A stretch of DNA of 64,000 nt from Octopus vulgaris (Eukaryota): positions 71,796,001-71,860,000 of the forward strand of contig OX597815.1 in NCBI GenBank assembly GCA_951406725.2. Direction: 5' to 3'. Of this stretch, positions 26,926 to 40,959 are shown one piece after another (the stretch's first letter is position 1; the number at the start of each line of letters is the position of its first letter). A program made the position numbers and the translations under genes. The notes below the pieces were generated by a model. That model was given only the letters and a program-made list of their open reading frames with translations. It ran no database searches and was not told where the DNA came from.

Positions 26926-29900
26926 GCTATCCCGAATATGCCGATTCAGATAAAGGCAGAACCAAGAGATGAAAGTGACAGCAGTGCTGTTGTAGCCTGC
27001 AGTAATACCCCAAGTGGAGACAGTAGCAGCAACAACAACAGCAACAATAACAATAATAATAATAATGCAAGCAGCAGCAGTGGCGGTGGTAGCATTGGTG
27101 GAAGTGTCAGTTCGCTATCAACGCAGTTACAGCAACCCTCACAGAACGCCAACAGTCGGTTAGCCGCACCAGTCAACCATCAACGATCATCCTCTAATGT
27201 GTTGTCTAGCCGGTCGCCGTCAAACACAAGCAGCTATGCCAACCCAGCTGCTGCTGTGGCTGCTAGCCACACACAGTCTCTGGCCAGCACCAAGTCTTCT
27301 GACAAACTCTCTGAAGAAGCCATGGAAGCCCTGGAGAAACGCATTGATATTTCCAGTATTAAGGGTGTCTTCGGTTGGACCACTATTGATGGTATTAACA
27401 TTCCTTTCATATTTCGAGAGGATAAAAAATTTGTGAGTGTACGCATAGTGGAAGTGAAACTGTTCAGCCGGTACCCAAACTCGTTCCCAGATGAGCTGGG
27501 TAAGAGGGATCCTCTGACAAGTTACTTCATTACTGAACATGAGGCCAAACTTCTGAATGAAATAAACACAGTTCACTGTAGCTATGAGTATGGCAAACAG
27601 CTGTTTACTACACAAGATTTAATCGTTAATATGGCGGAGTTTGAGCAGTTCCACGACATCGTGAAAAAGTCTTTTCCTACTGAAGACCAGCAAGAGGATA
27701 CCAGGGCACATGATATGTCGTTGCCACGCAAGTCCGACCGGCCTCAGTTTATGGACTACTGTGGCTGGCTGCAAATCAACAACACCATCACACCCTACGT
27801 TGAACGGTCTAATGGTGGAAAATATGTTCCTTTGTCTGTGATACGCTATGCTGCTGGCCTACTAGCTGATAATCAAATCACTGGTGAGCCTCCAACGAAA
27901 ATAGAGTGTGACATGCTGAACGAAACATGCAAAGTAGCTGGTTTCAATTTCTCATTTTGCAAAAGTACCAAGCTGGTAAGCCTGAATACTATCAAGACAT
28001 ACCACAACCCTTTAATAATTGATCTGCCCCAGGACAAACCTCTCACACATGCTCGCTATATAGACTTCAGTGGTAACCCTACTAAAAACTCAAACTTTTC
28101 TTCTCCCCCTCCTCCGCACTTAAGTGCGTTCCCTTCCCACATTTCAGTTTCCTCAGCTCTGTCAAGTACACAAGCTATGCATCCATTTAATACTGCATTG
28201 CCCCCCTATCCCAGAAACCCCAGTCCACGAGGAAACCCAACTCGGTCACCCATGACAAACAATCTTATTAATCCAAATATAGTCATTCCAAGTGGACTGA
28301 ACCCAAACTTCCTAAATTTTGCCAAACAACAACTACCTTTGAAAGTTCCCAGCAGTAATGAACAACAATCACTCCAACAACAACAACGAGCAAACTTTAG
28401 TACTTCCAATTCCCTACTGGGAAATAGCCGGCTGCAATCTGAGCAGGCCAATCCTAACCAGCATGGCTTGCCAAACCCTAGCCAACTGCCTACATCAAAG
28501 CAACATAACCCTCTTCATGTACTGAAAAGCTTTTTAACAAAAGGACATGTTGTTACCCAATCCTTGCCTTCAATTGTATCGCAGGCAACTGGTGGTCAGT
28601 CAGTTATCCACCAGAGATCTGCCCATCAAGCTAGTCAAAATATCCTTGTGAGCCAACTACCAAGGCTACCCTCGCCATCTATTTCTAATCCGGCCAATAT
28701 GTATGCATCGAGTGGACCAATCCTTAGCGCCCTCAGTCAGCACCAATCCCAGGCATGGAACGCCGTTGTTAGTTCTTTACCTGGGAACTATGCCAACATA
28801 GCCCGCTACACTCAAGCCAACTCATCTGTACGTATGCCTGTATCATCTGCATCATATCCCCATCCTATCAGCAACATTCCTGTCACAACAGCACCATCAT
28901 TGCCTCAAGGCCACCATCCACCAAGTATATACGAGCAGTTGCTCTCCATTCCAGACACTCAAAGCACTGCTGTGGCTGGACTGTGGACACGGCCCAATGA
29001 AGCCAGTTCTGCTAGCCAAGCCGTAGCAGCCCACTCTACTGTCCCCAGTCCTAACATGGTGGTGAGTAGTAGTGTCAACAAATCTCACTCTCGGACATTG
29101 GCATCTAACATCCAAAATATAGCATCAGCAGCAGCAGCAAGTGGTTCCGGATCTTCAAACCATAACAGTATCTCAGCCAACTCTATGGTGCTGCATGCGT
29201 CTAGTGTGCAACCCATCAACCTCACCTCATCGTCGCCCGTGCCGACAACCAATAAGGTCTCCCAACAGCCGTCATCTTCACAGCAACCCCAACAACAGCA
29301 ATCATCTTCACAACAAGCTTCAGCAGCTGAACAGATTTCGTATTCTTTATCTTCAACTCCAACAGCGACAGGATCGGTTCAAGGAGATTCACAACCTCAA
29401 CAGCCAGTATCAAAGCCCATGGATTCAGCCCTTGTGCAGCACATATCTAGCATTTTCTTGCGTGGCAAAAGTATATCATGCATTAACTCACCTAACCGCA
29501 GTGGTTCTTATGCATTGGTAGAAGCCGTCTGCAAGTTGTACTACCCACAGTGCAGCATGAATGAGTTTCTATTTGCTCTAGAGAATGTACTGAAGGTTCC
29601 TCTCACGACCTGTACTGATGAAGAGGAAAAGGCTTTTATTCAGTACTACAGTCTTCCAGTTTCTGTTCTCAAGTGCAATAAGATCATAAAGCTGGGTACC
29701 TTAGAAAGCCACTTCCCACAGTTGACTTACATGTTTTGCAAAGGACAGGACACAGCTTCTGTATCATCTAACTCTGCTAGTGATACAGTCCAACAAACTC
29801 CCACTGTTGACACTGAGAAGGTCCAAAGTGATTCTCTAAATTCCCTTCCTTCTAACCCTAACTCTCTTACTACTACCACCACCACCACAACTGCAACATC

Positions 29901-30592
29901 ATCCACACCTCTCTCAGCTGCATCTGGTACCACTACATCATCGCCATCGTCTTCAACTCCTCTGCCAGTAATTGCGGAGAATGATGGTAACGATGTTGTT
30001 CTCGATTGCAGTACAAAGTCGTCTGTGGTGGTCATCACTGCAACTGATGGCTCTCCAGTGCCGGGATCAAGCAACGGACCGAAAGACAGCACTTTGTCGA
30101 CTTCCCCAAAGACATCTTCTTCCTACTCACAGTCGTCAGTAGTGTCTTCAACAAGTCCTTCCACAGCAGCTGCTTCATCAACAGCAGCACTCTCCCCATC
30201 ATCGTCATCATCAACAGCAGCAGCAGCATCTCCTCCCCGAGCACCTCCAACTCTCACACCAACACTTGTCACCACTGCTGCTACAGTGACCAATTCTTCT
30301 GCTGTGGCATCGGACAGAGCCAAAAGTGGAAATCCGGTCAACAACAGCGGTGACAGCAGCTATGTGACAGCTGTACCTTTAATAAGCTTGGCCGACGTTC
30401 AAAAACTGAGTGAACCACAGCTGAATTCTATTCTTTCACACCCATCTCTGAAACGACCTGGTAACCCCCTGGCATCTGGCCCGACTAAGTCACCTTGCAG
30501 GAGCCTAGAGGAGACTGTTCAACGGTTACATCAGACTCAAAGTTCCCCATTAGCTAACACTGCCAGTGTGCAGATTTGTCAAACAGACTCTG
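26926..30592 (+). CDS. very large coding exon (~1220 codons) of an uncharacterised S/Q/P/N-rich protein with three globular modules, possibly Ski/Sno/Dac-like
   Basis: 1230-codon ORF; acceptor tttatttgcAG| at 26924-26925 (phase 0; first Met 26938); donor G|GTAAGT at 30592/30593 just before the in-frame TAA (30598-30600). Modules begin GVFGWTTIDGINIPFIFR, YCGWLQINNTITPYVER and IFLRGKSISCI. Confidence 0.85.
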
Positions 30593-31463
30593 GTAAGTAA
30601 CATTGGTACCAAAAACAAAACAAAAACAAACAAAAAACAACCCAAACCACTCTCTCCCCCCTTTCTTCTTCCTCTGACTCACAAGGAGATTATCAAAAAA
30701 AAATACCCACACAACCAAAAACTGCAACAAAAATGTTAAAAAAAATTTTCAAAAACAAAAAAAAATGAAAACCCTTTACCTCCAGTAGGAACAGCAACCA
30801 GATTCATATTTACAAACACAAAAAAACTAAAAACTATAGAATAAACTGTTATTGAGACGAGTTTAAAAGAGAAAAAAAAAAATAAGTTAAAAGATTTAAA
30901 AAAAGACCAGAACAAAAACAAGAAAAATAAATAAAAAATACATCATATGCCAAAATACCAAAATTGGTATCAGTTCTTTTGTTTCCTCCGTCTGTTATTA
31001 CAGTTGTTTTGTTTCAGTACTTCTTTGCATTATCATTGAGTATCCCTTGCAGAATGTGGTTTTCTCTCTCTCTCTCTCGTTTTGTTTTGTTTTTCAGACA
31101 GAATTCTATGAATGCTTTTTAGTTGTTGCTTGGTTATTAAATCGACACAGGCATGGTTGTGTGATTGAGAAGTTAAATTCCCAAACACATGGTTTCAGAT
31201 CAGTCTCACTGCATGTCATGTCTTATAATATAACCCCAAGCTAGCCAAAGCCTTTTGGATGGATTTGGTAAATGGAAACTAAAAGAAGCCAGTCATGTGT
31301 ATATATATATATGTATATTTTACATAAACACACAATATAGATTGTGTATGTATATGTGTGTTTGTATGCATGTGTGTCCTTGTCTTGACTTCATGTGAAA
31401 GTTGTAAATTAGTGTCACTGCCATATAAGCAGTGTCATTAATTTGTAGTATTCTGCAAGAAGT

Positions 31464-32563
31464 GAGTGAGTGGTTTGATGTGAAGGTAGGTTCTGATGTT
31501 TCTGTGGCTGTTTAATCTCTATATGGATGGTGTGGTGAGAGGTGAATGCTAGAATCTTTGGCAGGGAAGCTCAAATGGTGGCAGAAAATGGAGAGAAATG
31601 GCAGGTGAGTCAGTTGTTGTTTGCTGATGATACAGCACTGGTGATGGATTCAGAAGGGAAACAGAGGAGACTGGCGGTAGAGTTTAGAAGAGTGTGTAAG
31701 AAGAGGGAACTGAAAGTGAATGTAGCTAAGAGTAAGATGATGAGATGTTCGAGAGATGGAATGGCTGGTAGGATGAATGTGAGTATAAATTATGAGATGT
31801 TAGAGGAGGTGAGTGTTTTAAGTACTTGGGATCACATGTGATGGTGGAGGGTTGGCTAATGAAGTGGGATATAGAGTGAGAGAGGGGAGTAAGACACTTG
31901 GAGTTGTGAAAGGTATGCTGAGAGATAAAAGGTTGAGTATGAAAGCGAAAAGAGGTGTGTATGAGGGCATGATTGTGCCAACAATGTTCTATGATGCAGA
32001 GACTTAGGGTCTGAGAGAGGCAGAAAGTAGGTGACTAGATGTGTTTGAGATTAGATGTTTGAGGGCTATGGTTGGTGTGACACGGATGGACAGGATGAAG
32101 AATGAGGACATGCAAAGGTGAGTAGGAATGAGAGAAAATCTACCAGAATGGATAGAGGAATGTTGAGTTGGTTTGGCCACATGGAGAGGATGGTAAGGAG
32201 AGTGATGAAGGCAGCAGAACCAGAGGCAGACCCCAGTTTGTGTGGATGGATGGAGTGGGGAAAGCTTTGGTGGTTAGAGGTGTTAGAGTGAGAGAGGCAA
32301 GAGAGTTTATTAATGATAGGAAAGCTTGGAGAGTGTTTGTGGACGGATGAGTAAATTGATGTTGTTCAAAAAGGTACAGAACTATGATGCGGTGGGGGTA
32401 AACTAGCATATGCTGTTAGGCCCTACTGCTGATATTGGGGGTTGCTTTCTATGCCTTGACCCGAGCATAGGACAGGGCTCACCTCTTTGAGCTGGGAAAT
32501 GAATGGAATGCCTGATGTGTGACTACCCCATCCTATGGGAAATAGGCCTTGGTAAAAAAAAAA
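31464..32563 (+). mobile_element. RTE-like LINE 3' fragment with A-tail
   Basis: QVSQLLFADDTALV, LKVNVAKSKMM, FKYLGS-like and WFGHMER motifs; stops and frameshifts; A-run at ~32554-32563. Confidence 0.8.
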
Positions 32564-34679
32564 TTCTTCAAGAATATGTCTGGTCATGGTGAAATATTAG
32601 CTTGCTTGAGAACAGGTGAGGTTTGACAACAGGAAGAACAACTAGCTGTAGAAATTGTGATGATAAATTAAAATGGCTTTGTGATAAATTACTGCTTTCA
32701 TTAATGAGGGCATTTAGTATTGATATATGTACGCATTGTAGGTCTGTACGTTGTGGATTTATGCAAATGTCTTTCTCATCATCACATCATTTTTAATGCC
32801 CATTTTTCATGCCTACATGGGTTGAACAGAGTCTATTGAAGCACATTGTCTCTAGCTGGTTGCCCTTTATGTTGCCAACCCTTTGCCTGTTCCAAACAAA
32901 GTAATATTTCCCCATGACCAGACTTATTTTCTCTCAGAATATTGGAAACAGATGATATTGCTTATATGACAGTTGCATACATTCACAACTATTATGTGAT
33001 GTCCATACAAGAAGACACAAACACACACACAAACACATATATATACACACATGATGGGCTTTCAGTTTTCTTCTACCAACTCTTTTCACAAGGCTTTGGT
33101 TGGCCAGTGGGTATAGTAGAAGACATTTGCCTAAGGTATTATGCCATAGGACTGAACCTAAAACCACATCATTGAGAAGCAAAGTTCTTAACCGCAAAGC
33201 TATGCCTGCACCTATTTATGTATGTGCATTGATTGAACAGGAATTATAATTTCAGCTAAATGTGTCTGTATGTAAAAAAGGTAAAGGTAAGCCCTTGATC
33301 ATCGCTGTCTCAAGTCCTAGAACTCCTATGTAACCTAGATTCTAACATTCTCCTTGAACAAGATACTAGTCCGAGTGGAATGGAGTAATGTGAAATGAAT
33401 TGTTGTGCTGCCCAATCTGAAAATCAAGATGTCAACCTAGTGATTGTGAGTGCATTACCTTAACCTAGGTTACAAACCTTCATGTGTGTGTGTGTATATA
33501 TGCAAAATTAAAAGAGAGGATATTTTCATGTTTCATCATCATCATTTAACGTCTGTTGTCCATGCTAGCATAGTTTGGATGGTTTGACCAAATGGGGGTG
33601 GGGGATGCACCGAGCTCCTGTCTGATTTGATATGGTTTCTACAACTGGATGCCCTTCCTGATACCAACAACTCTATAGTGTGTAGCAGGTGTTTTTACAA
33701 GGCACCACCTCTAGTGCTTTATGCCACCAGCAGGATCGGTCTTGATACTTTTGCTGCAGGGTACAGCTCTTCAGTACAACCAGGTGCCAGGTATCTCAGT
33801 CCTTTGTCATTTCACCTGAAAGGTTCAGTGTCTAATATATTTTCAGATATGTAAATGTGCATTCAAAAGCTCAGGTCAGCGTTTTTGAAATGCAAAAATA
33901 TGTGGTTGCCTACTAAAATGAGATGTAAATGGCTTGTAACTATTCTAATTTACAAGATGTTAACATAAATTTGAAGGGGTCATAGCTCCCCACTCTGGAT
34001 TATGATATATTGTATCTTATTGAGGCTTCTGAGTCATATACTGGTATAGATTTAATTAAATAACTTATAGAACATCAAGGGTGCAAGATTGGTAGAATTG
34101 TTAGAGTATTAGAAAAAACTGATTTATTCTATTTGTTCCACCTCGTCCCCACTAGGATCAACTTATCTTTCAGTGTTGATGTAATCAACTAGCCAACTTC
34201 TATGCCACAAAAATTATTGTTGGCCTTGTACCTAAATAAGAAACCATTATTAGCAGAATGGCAACCTAAATAGTGCTGGTGACACAAAAAATGCACCTAG
34301 TCCATGCTGTAAAGTGGTTGGAATTAGAAAGGACATCCAACCATAATACCCATGCCAAAGCAGAGTTTTAAGCTTGATGCTGTCCTTGCACACATCAGAT
34401 CCTATCAAACTATCCAACCTATACCAGCATGGAATAAGAAATTTCAGGTGTGGAAGCAAGTTCTAGAATTGAAGGGTTAACCTAGCAAAAACCAAAGTCT
34501 TAGTTAATTGGTAAGCAGACAAATCACAAATCCCTTCAGGTAAACAGCCTTGCCTGATCTATAGGAAGGGTGTAGGTAGAAATTCCATAAGATGAACCTG
34601 CTACAAGCTATGGACACATAAGAGGTGTAGCAATGTCAGAGGAAGATTAACAGGGAAAACAGTTTTTTGTGTGTTGAAG

Positions 34680-35785
34680 GTGCACAGGTACAATAAACAC
34701 TAAAATTGTACAGAAAATAGATTCCATCAAATGCCAGTAGAGTAAGCTAGAGGTAGTTAATAGCTTCCATTATCTTGGTAGCCAAGTCAGTAGTGGAGGT
34801 GGATGCTGCGAGAATAAGAATAAGCTGGGAAAAGTTCAGATAGCTCCTACCTTTGTTGGCAACAAAGGACCTCCCCTCAGAATGAAAGGTAGATTGTATG
34901 ATGCCTATGTGCTAACAGCTATGCTACACAGCAGTGAAACATGGGCTGTGGCTGCCAAGGACATGTGTCGGCTTGTAAGAAATAAGGCTAGCATGCTTTG
35001 CTGGATGTGCAATGTCAGTGTGCATGTTTGACAGCATAAACATCTTGAGAGAAAAGTTGGGCATAAGAGGCATCAGATGTCCTGTGCAAGAGATACAACT
35101 GCACAAGTGTGGTCATGTGATGCGTATGAATGAGGACAGTTGTGTTGAAGAAGTGCCAATTTCTAACTGTGGAGGGAACCTGTGGAAGAGGTGGACCCAG
35201 GAAGACATGGGACAAGATGGTAAAGCATGATCTTCAAATGTTGGGCCTCACTGAGGCAATGACTAGTGACTAAAACCTTTGGTGATATGCTGTACTTGAG
35301 AAGACCAATCAAGCCAAGTGAAATCATAGTCATGGCCAATGCTGAGGTCACATAAGTGGCATGTAAAAAGCACCTTTCAAGTGTTGGGCCTCACAGAGGC
35401 AATGTTGCTGATGCTGGTGTTGTATAACTAGCATCTGTGCCAGTGGCACATAAAAAGCACCTTTCGAGCATTGGGTTGCATGGAGGCAATGACAAACAAC
35501 CAAGACCTTTGATAACATGCCATGCTTGAATAGAAAACCCATCATGCCAAGTGAAATCATAGTTGTGGCGGGTACTGGTGTCATCATGCATCTGGTACCC
35601 ATACAGGTGGCACATAAAAAACATCCTTTACACTCTTGGAGTGGTTGGTGTTTGGAAGGGCATTCAGCCATAGAAACCATGCTAAATCAAACTAGAGTCT
35701 GGTGCAGCCTCTCAGCTTACCAGCCCAGGTCAAACCATCCAACCCATGCCAGCATAGACAACAGTGGTTAAATGATGATGATGAT
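34680..35785 (+). mobile_element. RTE-clade LINE 3' fragment, same family as 10768-11710
   Basis: Collinear with 10768-11710 (gaaaggtagattgtatgatgcc...gctacacagcagtgaaacatgggct); internally repeated tail ending in (GAT)n. Confidence 0.8.
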
Positions 35786-38700
35786 AAATGTAGCAAGCTG
35801 GCAGAATTGTTAACATGTCAGACAAAATGCTTTGTAGTTCTTATGACTCTTTACATTGTGTTCAAATCCCACTGAGGTAAACTTTGCCTTGCATCCTTTT
35901 GTGGTCAATAAGATAAGTTGAGCACTGAGGTTGATGTAATCAATTAGCCCCTTCCTCCAAAATTCAGGCCTTGTGCTCATAGACTTAGAAAGGATTATTA
36001 GTATTATTAAGGTGGCAAGCTGGCAGAATCGTTAGCGCATCAGGCAAACTGCTTAACAGCATCCAGTTCTTCACATAGCCAACTTTGCCTTTGATCCTTT
36101 CAGAGTCTATAAAATACCAGTCAGATACTGGGGATCAATGTAATTGACTTACTCCTCCTTCTAAAATTGCCTATCCTTGTGCCAAAATTTGAAACCATTA
36201 TTAGTGGAATGCCTGAATTTGTAGAGCAACCGAGCTAAGTGACAGACTGTATTTAGTAATGTAATGCTCTCAGTTTGAATCCAGGTAAGTTCAAGTTTGG
36301 TTTTCACCAACAGCCAAAGTTCTGCAATCAGTTATTGTTATTACTGCCCCCCCCAAAAAAAAACTATTTAACTATCAACTGCCATTTTAGATTTTGTTCA
36401 TATTATGCTAATTTTTTTAATGCTAGCATGTGTTAGTTGAGTACTTATTATCAAGACATTGTTTTTAACAGCTGGATACCCTTCCTGTCACTAATCTTTG
36501 CCTATTTCCCCAGGGACATTTTATTCTACACATATTAAAAAGTGCCAAGCCAGACAGATTTTTTTCTTCTTTTTCTTTTCTTTTGGCAGGTAATATGAAC
36601 AGGTGCAGCTGATTTTTAGTTTAGTGCTTTCACTTGGCATGAAAACCATCCACGCAAGCACATAGATACTTGCACTCATGGCATTACTTGAAGGTCTTCT
36701 TGAAATTATATCATTTACACATTGCAATGCTTCAAGGAAATTACAGTACTATAATATTGTATTACCTTACATTAGGTTGTTTAATGATCATATAATATTT
36801 TGGAAAAGAATCCCCTTTTCAAGTAGATAAAAGGAAATAATTAAAGAGTTCGGAGAAATGTATCATTACTGGCAAGCCATTTGAGTATTATTCCCTTTCT
36901 TCTGTTTGAAAAGAGGAATCTTTCCTGAAATATTATCGGACCATTAGACTCTTGTGTAAAGTTATACAATCTTTTCTCTTTGTTTTCATTTATTGACATC
37001 ACCTTACATACTTTATATAACTCCTCACTTGCATTGCTCAGAGGTTTCTCACACATATCATGTTGTTATTCTAAGACTTCTCTACAGTAAGAAACTTCTT
37101 TCTTTTGTACTTTAACCCCTCTTCTCCTAACATAAACCTAGCAAGCTCACAAGTGCTGGTGGCATGAAGAAAGCATTGTAATGTGGTTGCCATTAAGAAG
37201 GACATACCAACATATAAAACCATGTCAAATTAGATGGCATATGACACAATCCTCCTACCTCGTGGATCCTGTCAAACCCTACAACTGATGCTAGCATGGA
37301 ACATGGAAATTAAATGATAATTTACAAATTATGTGAAGATTTTAAGATTTATTTGATAAAATATTTTTAAATTTGTGAACTATAACATGAAGTGGAAAAT
37401 AACACATACAATTACTTTTCTATATGATGTAATGTTGTACAACAACCAAAAGATATTTAGGAAACATGCAATTTCCTAGGTCTTGCTTTATTTCATTCTG
37501 CCACAAATTTGGAAATGAAAAACCAAACATTCTCTTAAATTTCTTTTTCAGACAATTCCATAAGGATTCGACATTTTCCAACATTCAAGACATAGAAATT
37601 CAAAGACTTAAAAAAAAAAATGAATCATAAATAAAGTTAGTGTGGTGAAGGTGTGTGCATAATTTGTGTTTGAAGCATTTGTTTAATTTATGTCCATTTT
37701 TCTATGCTGACATGGGTTAGATAAAGACTTATTGAGGCAATATCTTACTCTTGGATGTCTTTCCTGTCACCAACCTGTGCCTGTTTATCAAATGAAGGAT
37801 TGTTTTATTCTGTTGATCTCCACATGTGCAGAACTATCATGTCTACAGTGAATGTAAACATATCATCCCTCTACTTCATTTCATACCAGGACATATAGAA
37901 TGTAAACAATTACCACATACACACATACAACAGGCTTCAGTACAGTTTCCATCCATCAGTTTCACTTACAAAACATTGCTCAGTTTGAAGCTATTGTAAA
38001 GGAGAAAAAAATACTTGCCTAAGGTGCTATGCAGTAGAATTGAACACAGAACTACATGGTGATGAAACAAACTGCATACCCATTCGGCCATTTCAATATA
38101 CTTTAATTTTGGTAATTCATGAAGACCAAGTGAGCCCTTTTATGTTAAATTGTCCTTCAGATAATGGCATATAATAATAATAATCTCTTCTACTATGGGC
38201 ACAAGGCCTATAATTTGTAGGGAGGGGGCTAGTCAATTATATTGACCCCAGTGCTCAACTGGTACTTATTGCATCAACTTCAAAAGGATGAAAGGCAAAG
38301 TCGACCTCGGTGGAATTTGAACTCAGAACATACAGACAGACAAAATGCTGCGAAGCATAAAGTCCAACATGCTAACTGTTCTGTTCGTTCACCACTTCAA
38401 TAATAATGGTTTCAAACTTTGGCAAGGCCAGCAGATTTGGGGATGGGGCTAAGTCAATTAAATCAAACCCTAGTGTTCAACTGGAACTTATTTCATCGAC
38501 CCCAAAAGGATCAAAAGCAAAATCGACCTCAGTGGAATTTGAACTCAGTACATAAAGACAGACGAAATGCTGCAAAACATATTGTCCTGCTGACTAGCTA
38601 TTCTGTCAGTTCACCAGCTTAATAATAATGATAGAAATAAATATTCTGCTGAGATCTTTAATTATTTGGTCACATGTTCTTGCTGTCCCTAAGACATTGA

Positions 38701-40959
38701 TTTCCAATAATGGTTGTTATACTATTCTTAAGGCATTCTTGAGGTGCTGTATGGATCTATTGTTACCTCTGTGAAGTTTCCTGTATTATTATATTTCATA
38801 GTGGTTTGTGGGTAATGATACAGAGTTGGAAGAAATGCCCATGAGTTGTAGCGACTACAAGTAACAGAAAGAGTTTAAGGTATCAATGTTCTAATAGTTT
38901 CTCTGAATCATAAATTATTTTCCTCATTTTGACTGTGGTCTTTCCCATTTAATTGAAGTCTTCACCAACCATACTGATCATTCAAGACATCCATACTTTT
39001 CAATGTTACCAGAAGCACTGATTGTAATAACATCTTACTAGTTTTGTGTCTAATGAATTAGCATTTTGTTTCAGGGTATGTACAGGACATTAACATTTGC
39101 ATTCTTTATATAACAATGCCTTGACATGTGCACATGCGAGGTTAGCAAACAAAGTCATTGAGGTCATACTGACATCAGGATGTGACACAGCTTAGTTTGC
39201 ACTCAAAACCACGGAAGAATGAAATGCTAGAAAACTGTAAGAACGACTGAACTGGGAGGGGGGTTGGGGGTTCAGCATTGCTCCTAAACATGATACCTCA
39301 GTGATTGTCATGTTTCAAATTCAGTCCCAGTGCGTGATGCCATATGCAGGTGCCTTGTGGGTGGAACGGGTAGACAGAAACTGTATGGAAGCCCAGCACA
39401 CATGCACACATACCATCATCATCATCTTCAACATCTGTTTTCTATGCTGGCATGGGTTGAATGGTTTGGCAGGAATTGTTAAGGCCAGGGGCTGCATTAG
39501 GTTCCATAATCTGTTTTGGCTTGGTTTCTACATTTGGATGCTCTTTCTAATGCCAACCACTTTACAGAGTGTACTAGGTGCTTTTTATGTGGCACCAGCA
39601 CCCACACCAATGTTTTTTATGAGGCACCTTTGTTTTAGGATCTAAGTACTAGCCTAACATTTGTATCTACTTACAAATGGTGCTAGTGTGGCTGTGTGAT
39701 TAAGAAGCTTGTTTTCCAACCACATAGTTCTAGGTTCAATCCTACTACATTGCACCTTGAGCAAGTGTCTTCTACTGTAGCTCCAGACTGACCAATAACT
39801 TATGAGTGGATTTGGTATGTAGAAACTCAAAGAAGCCCATTATGTATATGTGTGATAGAGAGAGAAAGAGTTAGTGTCTTCTTGTCTTGACATCCCATCA
39901 TAGTTGTGGATGTCACCTTCATAGAAACAGTGTTCTTTTGTTTCCAATCTCCCATGAAAACATGTATAGTCATGGGGGAATATTATTAGTTGGCAACAGA
40001 AAGACCTTGTAGCCATAGAAAATCTGCCTCGGCAAAATCTGTCCAAACCATGTGATCATGGCTAAGTGGATGTTAAAACAATGGTGGTGGTGAAACAATT
40101 TTGATTTAAGGTAATCAAATGTTATGGAAATTCAGATGAGTGTAATTTTTTTATTTGTTTCAGCCAAAGAACTATAGGTATGTTAGGCCACAGTATCTTC
40201 CTATGGTTTAGTCGATTACATTAAACCAAATAGTTATTGCACACAGTGATGGTGATGGCAAAAATTGATCTTTCAATCAAAGAAAGCCATGTTGCCATTG
40301 ATTTTTTTTCAGTTTGCTGATTATTATCTGTAATTTTTTTAAAAACTATATTGCAGTAGTAAGGGATTAGGATGATTATTGTGGCAACATATTTGTTTTG
40401 AGATAAATGTGATAGATTTTAAAGTATATTGTACATCTATTTTTGGACAACCTGCTTTTCATCATTATCATTGTTTTAACGTCCAATTTGGCCACCTAGG
40501 TAGCCTCTAAGAATCCCTATGGGCATTTGAGGAAATCTATTTCCTGTGTATTCTTAGTGTTGATTGTTCCTGCACATCTATCATGCACTAAGACTACTTT
40601 CTGTTAAGCTTTCTGTGATTCTACTGCATCTCTTATGTGTCCATAGTTGTTTGTACTGGGTACACTGTATGGAATTTCTACCATACCTTTTGAACATATT
40701 GGCTCTTGTGCAGGTGGCACATAAAAAACACCATTTGAACGTGGCCATTGCCAGTACCACTTGACTGACCCTTGTGCCAGTGGCACGTAAAAGCACCCAC
40801 TACACTCTCGGAGTAGTTGACATTAAGAAGGGCATCCAGCTGTAGAAACTCAGCCAGATCAAGATTGGAGCCTGGTGCAGCCATCTGGTTTGCCAGTCCT
40901 CAGTCAAATCGTCCAACCCATGCTAGCATGGAAAGCGATGATGAGCAGGGCCATTTCCT

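Noticed and set aside
26946-30344. Overlapping small ORFs within the large exon
   Set aside because: Alternative-frame or antisense products of low-complexity codons.
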